A stretch of DNA of 63,942 nucleotides, from NCBI GenBank assembly GCA_003650545.1, contig QMQO01000004.1:1-63942 (forward strand), read 5' to 3'. The translations under genes were made by a program, and so were the position numbers. The notes beneath the pieces are model-generated. The model had not been told where the DNA came from, made no database searches, and saw only the letters and a list, made by a program, of their open reading frames with translations. The DNA is from Candidatus Woesearchaeota archaeon (GTDB lineage: Archaea > Nanobdellota > Nanobdellia > Woesearchaeales > B72-G16). Positions 56,654-63,942 of the stretch are shown piece after piece; position 1 is the stretch's first letter; every line of letters begins with the position of its first letter.

Positions 56654-56914
56654 TTTATTTCACACACTTAATTTTACAGTATCAAGCTTCATCAAGCACC
56701 AAGCTTCATCAAGCCTCTTTCTACATCTTTACATATTTACCTAACTCTATAAATTTCTCACCCAACTCTGATTTCAACCCCCTTCTTTTAGTAATTTCTG
56801 AAAGTTCTAAAAGAAATATAAAGATGTGTGACTACTCAGGAACAAAAACAGAGGGATAAAATCTTTATAACTTAATTAATAAAGAATGAAAAAAATACAA
56901 TTAATAAAAAAAAA

Positions 56915-57946
56915 CTAAATATCTCTTAGACCATTTGTCTCAACATAGAAGCTACACTCACCATCTTGCATGTTAGGGCTATCTATTAGCTTAGCAACCC
57001 TACTACCCTTCTTACCTTTCCTTAAATAAATTCGGAAAGTGCTAGCATGTGCTACTATATGACCACCGATTGGCTTTGTTGGATCACCAAAAAAAGCAGC
57101 AGGGTCTGCACTAACTTGATTTGTAACATAAACAAGTAAGTTATTTACATCCGCAAGCTTTAGTAAAGCGTGTACGTGCTTGTTAAGCTTTTGCTGCCTT
57201 TCAGCCAAAGTTCCTCTACCTATGAACTCTGCTCTAAAGTGCGCTGTGAGACTATCAACAACAACAAGTCTAACGTTCATACCTTGCTTTTTTATCAAAT
57301 CCTCTACTTTCTCAGCAAGCAACATCTGATGATCAGAATTATATGCTTTTGCGACCATTATGTTTTTAAGGACTTTTTCAGGGCTTAGACCTGCACCCTC
57401 TGCCAGTTGTTTTATTCTGTCAGGCCTAAATGTGTTCTCAGTATCTATATAAACAGCAATTGCATTTGGATCTTGTTTCTGCACATTAACAGCAAGAATG
57501 TGTGCTAACTGGGTTTTCCCTGAACCAAACTCACCAAAACACTCTGTGATGCTGCCTGTTTCAAAGCCTCCACCTATCAGATCGTCAAAAGCTTTGCTAC
57601 CAGATTTAATCTTGATAACTTTCTCTCTCCTCTTTAGAACATCAACACCAGATTCAAAGCCCATCTCTAACATTCCACGGGCTGCATTTATCATTTTTCT
57701 AGCTTGAGCTTCTGCGATACCAACTGCATTGATAAGTTCGCCAGGACTAGCAACAGCTATGCTCATCAAGTCAGAATAACCAACAGATTCTAGTTTCTCA
57801 GCTGTAGCAGCACCAACACCCGGTAAATCCATTATAGTCGGCACTTTTTTTTCTTTTTTCTCGATAGGGACATCAACCATTTTTTTAATTCTGCCAACAT
57901 GTGGCTTGATTTCGTTTTCAATAATTTTTTCCTTTGCTAACACCAT
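56915..57946 (-). CDS. radA: DNA repair and recombination protein RadA
   Basis: N-terminal HhH DLPGVGAATAEKLESVGY, Walker A GEFGSGKTQ, Walker B LVVVDSL and the L2 region. I used the ATG at 57946 behind AGAGG. Confidence 0.9.
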   Translation of the reverse strand: MVLAKEKIIENEIKPHVGRIKKMVDVPIEKKEKKVPTIMDLPGVGAATAEKLESVGYSDLMSIAVASPGELINAVGIAEAQARKMINAARGMLEMGFESGVDVLKRREKVIKIKSGSKAFDDLIGGGFETGSITECFGEFGSGKTQLAHILAVNVQKQDPNAIAVYIDTENTFRPDRIKQLAEGAGLSPEKVLKNIMVAKAYNSDHQMLLAEKVEDLIKKQGMNVRLVVVDSLTAHFRAEFIGRGTLAERQQKLNKHVHALLKLADVNNLLVYVTNQVSADPAAFFGDPTKPIGGHIVAHASTFRIYLRKGKKGSRVAKLIDSPNMQDGECSFYVETNGLRDI

Positions 57947-58119
57947 AGTTATCAACCTCTCTTTTAAGTTTTATTGTTATAAAGGACAGATAATATATCA
58001 ACCTTACTTTATATTCCTTATATAACATATATTGTATATAATTAAAAATAAAAAATAAAAATACATTGATTCCCAACAATTGTTGTGGTTATGTACTTAT
58101 TTCTAAATTTGTCTTTAAA

Positions 58120-58395
58120 TTAGCATATTTGTACTTCTTCTACCTTATCGTTATCATCCGACAGAACTAAGTACTCATATGCCTTTTGCAATACAATTCT
58201 AGCTTTTGGGATGTCCATTGCTCTTAGGTTATTAGTTGACTGCCACTTATTGTCTTTATCAAGGTAACGCCTATCAAAAGAAACAGTCTTATATGTTACT
58301 GGCTGTCCAGCTTTATTAACTGAAGTATTTTCCCAGATTGTTGCTGATATCACACCAGCACGAAACTTTTTTTCAGGTAGTTTTTTTTCTGACAT
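58120..58395 (-). CDS. Small nucleic-acid-binding-like protein (tentatively PC4/Pur-alpha-like ssDNA-binding fold)
   Basis: 91 aa: FRAGVISATIWEN....TYKTVSFDRRYLDKDNKWQSTNNLRAMDIPKARIVLQKAYEYL. This resembles the beta-sheet plus C-terminal helix pattern of PC4-like proteins. The similarity was judged by eye only. Confidence 0.35.
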   Translation of the reverse strand: MSEKKLPEKKFRAGVISATIWENTSVNKAGQPVTYKTVSFDRRYLDKDNKWQSTNNLRAMDIPKARIVLQKAYEYLVLSDDNDKVEEVQIC

Positions 58396-58642
58396 AGTAT
58401 CACCCGTTTCCTATTCGGATTTTTTTTCAAAACCTCCTTATTTTGCACTCAGTTAAGGCGCCAGAGGCCGGGTAGCTTGATCAAACCAATATATCATAGA
58501 ACAACATCCTTTATAAATCATGTCCGCACATGTCCAGTGTCCAGTGAGCTCTGTCATATATATTCATATATATTCTAATTATATTTAATATATATTTTTC
58601 AAAACTAAGTAGCAGAAGTTAGAAATTTATTATGAAATTAGT

Positions 58643-59122
58643 CTAAAACAAACCAAACAAATGCAACCCAAAAACAACATTGGCAATAACCATGATAAGG
58701 AAAACAATTGTCTCGCCTATAGTTCCAGTTTCAATCATACCATGTGTTCTAAGGAACCTAAATGGATGAAACCAATTAACACCCATCAATGTTAAGCTAT
58801 CAGATAGAAGGTGTGCACCATAGCCTATGAAGAATGCCCAGGCTATAATTCTATTAATAAACAACCAGAGTACAGCCGGAATAGCAACCAAGAGCCATAC
58901 ACTGTGCATTATCCCCCTATGGCCAAACAACAAACTAACAATTTTAGATAATATGCCCGTTCGTCTGCCAAATTTACTTTCAGGTTTATCTATATCAGGC
59001 ATCAAAGTCGCAATAGTCACAACGACAAAAAAAATACCTGTCATTAGCCAATTCATCTTAAATAAGCGAAAGCTAACTAATGCTGCAAATAAACCAAACG
59101 CAATGTGTGTTTTCCAGTTCAT
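58643..59122 (-). CDS. Membrane-bound metal-dependent hydrolase (YdjM/DUF457 family)
   Basis: MNWKTHIAFG..., LMPDIDKPESKFGRR, HRGIMHS and GAHLLSD, with 4-5 TM helices. Confidence 0.75.
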   Translation of the reverse strand: MNWKTHIAFGLFAALVSFRLFKMNWLMTGIFFVVVTIATLMPDIDKPESKFGRRTGILSKIVSLLFGHRGIMHSVWLLVAIPAVLWLFINRIIAWAFFIGYGAHLLSDSLTLMGVNWFHPFRFLRTHGMIETGTIGETIVFLIMVIANVVFGLHLFGLF

Positions 59123-59306
59123 TGTTGATCTTTAGCCTCTCTAAAATTAAAAACTCTTAAATGAGAAAAATTTAACTTTATTTATAATTTTTGTAAGGCA
59201 CAGAGCTAGAAGGAGCACAAAGTTAGAAAGAACAAAATAAGCATTTCGCTTATTCATTTATTTGCAAAGCAATAAAGAAGCATCAATAAAGAAGCATTTT
59301 ATAAAG

Positions 59307-60065
59307 TCATTTAGTTCTCCTGAAGAAGTACTTTGACTTGGCAAAAAATTCCTTTCGTATGAGTTGTGGATTTGTTTTAAAAAACATTGCTAAAATTTTA
59401 TGAAACCAACCTTCTTTTCTCTTCCTTTTTAGATAGAAATAACCAACAAGAGCAACTATTAAAGCAAATGCTGCATCGGCTATAAGATCCCCCATTGTGT
59501 CCATCAAGCCAGATCTTTGCATATTCATCTTAAATACAATGTCCATGCTAAACTCAAAGATCTCCCACAACGCTCCGATAGCTAAAGCAAAGCTAAATGA
59601 AAAAAATGCGATTAACTTTGGACTGGCTCTTATCTGTCCTTCATAATAAAGAATGAACAAAGTTATAAATCCTAATAAACCAAGAATAACACTTGCACAT
59701 CCGTGCAACACTATGTCCCACCACCACAATGTAGTATAAAAACCACGAACCTCACCCAAAAAAACAGAGGCATACACGAAAACCACAATCGCTAGTTCAA
59801 AAGGCATCGGTAGAGAAATCTTATAGTTCTTCCTTATCATTGCAGGCATAAAAGACAATCCTAAAGCACAAAGAGAAACAAAAATCGCAATCCAGTGCTG
59901 CTTGATCAAAAAACCAATAATGGCAATAATAATGCTCAGCCTAAGAATATAGGACAAAACCAACTGAATTTTTTCAGCTGTTGTGAACCTTTTGTTCAGT
60001 TGCCAAAAATTATAAGCTAACTTTCTTTTTTTTGTCATAATAAAATCAAAATTAATTTTAAACAT
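59307..60065 (-). CDS. Hypothetical polytopic membrane protein
   Basis: 252 aa, about 6 TM helices, with a conserved-looking GALWEIFEFSMD and DTMGDLIADA. No family assigned. Confidence 0.5.
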   Translation of the reverse strand: MFKINFDFIMTKKRKLAYNFWQLNKRFTTAEKIQLVLSYILRLSIIIAIIGFLIKQHWIAIFVSLCALGLSFMPAMIRKNYKISLPMPFELAIVVFVYASVFLGEVRGFYTTLWWWDIVLHGCASVILGLLGFITLFILYYEGQIRASPKLIAFFSFSFALAIGALWEIFEFSMDIVFKMNMQRSGLMDTMGDLIADAAFALIVALVGYFYLKRKRKEGWFHKILAMFFKTNPQLIRKEFFAKSKYFFRRTK

Positions 60066-60179
60066 TTAAAACTTTCTAAGAGGGAGACTGTCAAATGAAA
60101 ATGCAATCTAGAGAATAATACAAAAAGAGAGTGATGCAAAAACATCAGTTAGAATTAAAGAATTGTTAGAATTAAAGAA

Positions 60180-61175
60180 TTAAATCTTGTTCTGCATCTC
60201 TAATCTTTTAAGTTCATCCTCAGGATCGACGTCCCTGAATACTAATTGAGTAACAAACTCCAACCTATCAAAAACAGCATTTTTTGTAACTCTACCGACT
60301 ACTTTAATGGTTTGACCAAGTAAATCATTCTTATAGATATCGAATCCCTGCACACTGTCTCGCAATTTAATAATTTCTTCTTCTTTTAGGTTAAACAATT
60401 TCTCTGTTTGTGCTTTAAAATTCACACATCTTATTGTTTCAGTACCATCATCTAATACAATATTAGTCACATATGAAAATTTAGGGATAACCTTATCATG
60501 CACGGGGCAAAGATAGCTTTCGTCTATCTGCGTTACTTTTCTGTTGCATTCTGGACAAACCTCATAAAAGCGAGGATCGAAAACCTGCACAACGGTTGCA
60601 AGAACTTCTACATTTCTATCGTTCTCTTTTAAGTCATTTATGTTCTTCCTAGATGCAGTATACTTCTTAACCTCCCCTACTTCTTCTCCTTCAGGATTTA
60701 CTTCTAGCTTTGAATTTTCATTCAAATGCAATTCTTTTTGGTTATTATTCTCGCGTACATATGCACCTTTTATCTTAACGATGTCGTCTTCTTTCAACTC
60801 ATCTAAAACATCTGCCTTATCTCCCCAACAAGCAACTCGGATACTACCCGTATCATCAGCAATGATAAAACTCCCTACTTTTCCTTTCCTTTCCTCTGTC
60901 TGGAACTCACGCTTTTCAAAAACACGCTGCACTTTTCCTACAATCTCAACATCTCTCATCCCAACAACCACTTTAGCTATCTTAAGTTTGCCTGTGAATT
61001 CTTCAAAGAGCTTTATACCAAACTCATTGGCAATTATATGAGCAGCACCTTCTTTTGAAATAAGGCCTGATAACTCATCCATTTTTTTATTAATCTTAGC
61101 TTCTATTTCTTCTTCTCCCAAGCCTGTTTTCTCCTTGATTTTAGCGATTACATCTTCAATTGGAAGCTTTAACAT
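60180..61175 (-). CDS. rpa: Replication protein A (RPA) single-stranded DNA-binding protein (OB folds plus Zn-ribbon)
   Basis: I used the ATG at 61175 behind AGGAGGGGG. Helical N-domain (IAKIKEKTGLGEEEIEAKI...GAAHIIANEFGI), OB fold (VEIVGKVQRVFEKREF...GSFIIADDTGSIRVACWGD), and a second OB fold with Zn-ribbon CPECNRKV...CPVHDK. Confidence 0.8.
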   Translation of the reverse strand: MLKLPIEDVIAKIKEKTGLGEEEIEAKINKKMDELSGLISKEGAAHIIANEFGIKLFEEFTGKLKIAKVVVGMRDVEIVGKVQRVFEKREFQTEERKGKVGSFIIADDTGSIRVACWGDKADVLDELKEDDIVKIKGAYVRENNNQKELHLNENSKLEVNPEGEEVGEVKKYTASRKNINDLKENDRNVEVLATVVQVFDPRFYEVCPECNRKVTQIDESYLCPVHDKVIPKFSYVTNIVLDDGTETIRCVNFKAQTEKLFNLKEEEIIKLRDSVQGFDIYKNDLLGQTIKVVGRVTKNAVFDRLEFVTQLVFRDVDPEDELKRLEMQNKI

Positions 61176-61318
61176 ATTCCCCCTCCTTAAAATATTAATA
61201 AATAACACACATTTATATATATTATTATATTACTGTATCCAGAACAAGGGTGCAGAGATTTAGCTTTACATTTTTTAGCAAAATTTATAAAGCCTCTCCA
61301 ATCCCTTAAAAGAGAAAA

Positions 61319-61600
61319 ATGGAATATAAAGTTGTAGAGGAATCAAAGAGCAGACTTGTACTTGAGTTAAAAAAAGCTAGCCATGGCTTATGCAATGCTC
61401 TTGTAAAAGAGCTATGGAAAGACAATAAAGTCAAGGCAGCAGCCTATAAGATAGACCACCCTCTTGTTGGTATTCCAAGAATAATCTTAGAAGTCGCACA
61501 TGGAAATGACGCTAAAAAGACATTGCAAGATGCACTTAAACGTCTTATAAAAGACGCTGAAAAATTCAAAAAAGAGTTCTCTGATAAAGTTAAAAGATGA
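61319..61600 (+). CDS. rpoL: DNA-directed RNA polymerase subunit L (Rpo11)
   Basis: 93 aa: LVLELKKASHGLCNALVKELWKDNKVKAAAYKIDHPLVGIPRIILE, the RpoL/Rpb11 pattern. Confidence 0.8.
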   Translation: MEYKVVEESKSRLVLELKKASHGLCNALVKELWKDNKVKAAAYKIDHPLVGIPRIILEVAHGNDAKKTLQDALKRLIKDAEKFKKEFSDKVKR

Positions 61601-62142
61601 ATTATAATAAAAATGCTCTACTAAGACTAGCTCGCGATTCTATTAGAACAAAGTTCTTAAACGAAGAGCCAAGGCTTACAGATGAGCAAAAGAAATATAG
61701 ATCTCCGCAAGGTGTTTTCATCACACTAAAAAAGAATGGTCAGCTACGCGGTTGTATCGGTTTTCCTTATCCAATAATGCCACTTAATCAAGCGATCATT
61801 CAGGCATCAAGGGCAGCTGCATTTGAAGATCCAAGATTTCCATCATTAGCGCAAACAGAGCTTTCAGATATAAAAATAGAGATCTCTATACTGACAACAC
61901 CAAAGGAAATCACAGGAAAAAAAGAAGAATTGCCAAATCAAATAGAAATCGGCAAAGATGGTCTTATCATAAAGCATCCTGAGAGTTCTGGTCTATTATT
62001 ACCACAGGTATTTACAGAGTACAATTGTACACAAGAGCAAGCATTAGAGATGGTATGCCAAAAAGCAGGTCTTAATCCCAAAGCATGGAAAGACAAAGAT
62101 GCAAAGATATTCAAGTTTCAAGCTGTTATATTTGAAGAATAA
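61597..62142 (+). CDS. AMMECR1-domain protein
   Basis: GVFITLKKNGQLRGCIGFPYP and AAFEDPRFP. ATGA overlap with rpoL. Confidence 0.85.
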   Translation: MNYNKNALLRLARDSIRTKFLNEEPRLTDEQKKYRSPQGVFITLKKNGQLRGCIGFPYPIMPLNQAIIQASRAAAFEDPRFPSLAQTELSDIKIEISILTTPKEITGKKEELPNQIEIGKDGLIIKHPESSGLLLPQVFTEYNCTQEQALEMVCQKAGLNPKAWKDKDAKIFKFQAVIFEE

Positions 62143-62245
62143 TTTTAAATATGCCAATCTATGCCATAGAGTATGCCATAGAGCTTTGGTCTTGGCCATT
62201 CATATTTAAATAGAATGTAGCCGGACACGAGACACGAGCAAAACA

Positions 62246-62255
62246 TTTATAAATA
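62246..62255 (+). promoter_or_regulatory. TATA-box-like element of the L1-P0 ribosomal protein operon
   Basis: TTTATAAATA lies about 115 nt upstream of the rpl1 ATG. This implies a 5' leader of about 90 nt ending in GGAGGGTGGAG (SD-like). Confidence 0.4.
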
Positions 62256-62368
62256 GACATATTTTCTGTATAGTTATTGGCTATCGTTACATAACAAGAG
62301 AGGTCCCGAAAACTACTGCTTGCGGCTCACTTTTGAGCATGCTTAGTAGGAGGGTGGAGTGATTCGTT

Positions 62369-63019
62369 ATGAATAAGAAAGACATCGAGAAAGCAATAAA
62401 AGAATTAAAAGAGAATTCTCCAAAACGTAACTTTAAGCAGCGTGTTGATTTAATCATTAAATTGAAGAATCTCGACATCAAAAAGCCTGAAAACCAATTA
62501 GAATTCTTTGTTCTATTGCATTTTAACCTTGGAAAAAGAATTAAGGTTTGTGCATTGGTAGGTCCAGAATTAAAAGATGAAGCAATAAAAACATGTGATA
62601 AAACAATAATCCAAGATGAGTTTGACAAACTCGACAAAAAAACGATAAAGAAAATTTCTCGCGATTATGATGTTTTTATTGCCCAAGCAAACATCATGCC
62701 AAAAGTGGCTACAACATTTGGCCGAGTTCTAGGCCCAAAAGGAAAAATGCCTAATCCAAAGGCAGGCTGTGTTATCCCACCAAAAGCAACACTAACACAG
62801 TTGTACGATAAATTACAAAAAACCGTTAAAATCTCAACCAAAAAAAGCACAGTCATCCAGTGCTCTGTTGGTACTGAAGATACGAATGATACTGAGTTGA
62901 TTGATAACATTCTTACAATATATAATAGCGTAATACATCACCTTCCAAACGAAAGAAATAACATAAAAGAAGTACTAGTCAAACTAACAATGTCTAAACC
63001 TGTTAAAATACCACATTAA
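62369..63019 (+). CDS. rpl1: Ribosomal protein uL1 (L1)
   Basis: NFKQRVDLIIKLKNLD, YDVFIAQANIMPKVATTFGRVLGPKGKMPNPKAG. Confidence 0.9.
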   Translation: MNKKDIEKAIKELKENSPKRNFKQRVDLIIKLKNLDIKKPENQLEFFVLLHFNLGKRIKVCALVGPELKDEAIKTCDKTIIQDEFDKLDKKTIKKISRDYDVFIAQANIMPKVATTFGRVLGPKGKMPNPKAGCVIPPKATLTQLYDKLQKTVKISTKKSTVIQCSVGTEDTNDTELIDNILTIYNSVIHHLPNERNNIKEVLVKLTMSKPVKIPH

Positions 63020-63020
63020 A

Positions 63021-63942
63021 ATGGCACATGTATCACAAGCAAAGAAAGAAATTGTAAAGAAACTTGTAGATTTTATTAATAAATATAGCGTAATTGGCAT
63101 CGTTAACATGGAGAATCTTCCGACAAAACAACTCCAAAAGATGCGTGAGCAATTGCGTGGAAAAGTTGTATTAATTGTAGCAAAGCGTCGTTTAATCAAG
63201 ATAGCGATCGATAGCATTAAGGATAAACTAGGTATAGAACAACTGAAAGACAATCTTGTTGGTATGCCTGGCTTACTCTTTACAAACGAGAATCCTTTTT
63301 CTCTTTATAAAACCCTACAAAAAAGCAAATCATCCGCACCCGCAAAACCTGGTCAAAAAGCGCCCAGAAGCATAGTAGTTCAGGCTGGTCCAACCAATTT
63401 CGCACCAGGTCCAATCATTGGAGAGCTGGGCTCTGTTGGCATTAAGACCAGTGTTGAGGGTGGTAAACTTGCTATTAAAGAAGATAAGGTTGTTGCAAAC
63501 GAAGGAGACATTATTTCAGAGAAACTTGCTGGGATCCTTGCAAGACTTGGTATAGAACCCATGGAAATTGGTCTAGATTTAGTTGCTGCTTACGAAAACG
63601 GCACAATCTACACCAAAAAGATTTTGGCTATTGATGAAGAAGAATATAAGAGTAATCTAGCACAAGCTCACAGATGGGCATTCAACCTTGCTATTGAAAC
63701 AGTAATCTATACAAGAGACACTATTACGTTTATGATCACAAAAGCATTTCGTGACAGCAAAAATCTAGCTTTAGAACAAAACATTATAGCTGATCTGGTT
63801 GCCGAAGAGATTCTTACAAAGGCTGAAGTTCAAGCCAAAATGCTAAGTTTAGAAACTAAGTTTGTCACAATCTCAAAACCTCAAGAAAGAAAAGAAATAA
63901 AAGAAATCAAAAAAGAAGAAATAACAAAAGAAAGTAAAGAAA
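63021..63942 (+). CDS. rplP0: Ribosomal stalk protein P0 (uL10); 5' part, running off the right edge
   Basis: Hand translation from the ATG at 63021: MAHVSQAKKEIVKKLVDFINKYSVIGIVNMENLPTKQLQKMREQLRGKVVLIVAKRRL... It is open to the window end. It is absent from the ORF track because no stop lies in the window. Confidence 0.85.
   Translation, partial: MAHVSQAKKEIVKKLVDFINKYSVIGIVNMENLPTKQLQKMREQLRGKVVLIVAKRRLIKIAIDSIKDKLGIEQLKDNLVGMPGLLFTNENPFSLYKTLQKSKSSAPAKPGQKAPRSIVVQAGPTNFAPGPIIGELGSVGIKTSVEGGKLAIKEDKVVANEGDIISEKLAGILARLGIEPMEIGLDLVAAYENGTIYTKKILAIDEEEYKSNLAQAHRWAFNLAIETVIYTRDTITFMITKAFRDSKNLALEQNIIADLVAEEILTKAEVQAKMLSLETKFVTISKPQERKEIKEIKKEEITKESKE

Noticed and set aside
62256-62368. Possible L1-binding autoregulatory mimic of the 23S rRNA L1 stalk in the rpl1 leader
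   Set aside because: Archaeal L1 operons are known to be autoregulated. However, I could not draw a convincing helix/asymmetric-loop mimic by eye in this leader or in the first codons. I left it as a long leader only.
1-63942. Possibility that the contig is bacterial (for example CPR), given NrdR, RsuA, MacB, MgtC and the class III cyclase
   Set aside because: The informational core is unambiguously archaeal: aIF5B, aEF-1beta, TFS, Rpo11, RadA, RPA, ABCE1, P0, Taw1, Trm1 and BHB-type tRNA introns. The bacterial-like genes are better read as acquired accessory genes.

Overview
This is an AT-rich, gene-dense archaeal chromosomal segment with about 66 genes and very short spacers. Many neighbouring genes overlap at their stop and start codons. 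The content best fits a small-genome, DPANN-like archaeon.

Archaeal information-processing markers:
- Translation and ribosome: aIF5B, aEF-1beta with its partner Zn-ribbon, ABCE1, NMD3, uL1, P0/uL10.
- Transcription and DNA: TFS, Rpo11/L, RadA, RPA.
- tRNA and RNA modification: Trm1, Taw1, TrmI, archaeal-type MtaB, TtuA/Ncs6, RtcA, AlaX.

These are interleaved with bacterial-flavoured accessory genes:
- NrdR and an RsuA/RluB-type pseudouridine synthase.
- A triple-GAF class III nucleotide cyclase.
- A MacB/FtsX ABC transporter, MgtC and a CPBP protease.
- Several secreted, Cys-rich or coiled-coil proteins.

I saw no rRNA, CRISPR array, transposase, integrase or prophage.

The ORF track misses several items:
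- A 1164-codon surface-protein ORF open to the left edge.
- The P0 gene open to the right edge.
- Three tRNA genes.
- Three ORFs of 60 codons or fewer.

The track also uses TTG/GTG starts. I re-set several starts to the ATG behind a Shine-Dalgarno-like GGAGG/GGTGA.

Main observations:
1. All three tRNA genes are split by multiple introns, about 8 in total. They lie in the D-arm and T-loop as well as at 37/38.
2. A ThiI-like THUMP protein with a dead PP-loop is translationally coupled to MtaB and TtuA/Ncs6.
3. A GAF-cyclase plus MBL-hydrolase pair may form a cNMP make-and-break module.
4. An nrdR-nrdJ-cobO operon sits behind two NrdR-box-like palindromes spaced 32 bp apart.
5. A membrane-tethered wHTH regulator is coupled to a PPC/DUF296 protein.
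6. Perfect two-copy tandem duplications of 10-19 bp are unusually dense in spacers, and one lies in frame inside mtaB.
7. There is a frameshifted metallophosphoesterase.
8. There are several strong hairpins and palindromes.

All functional calls rest on motif recognition by eye. No database search was run.
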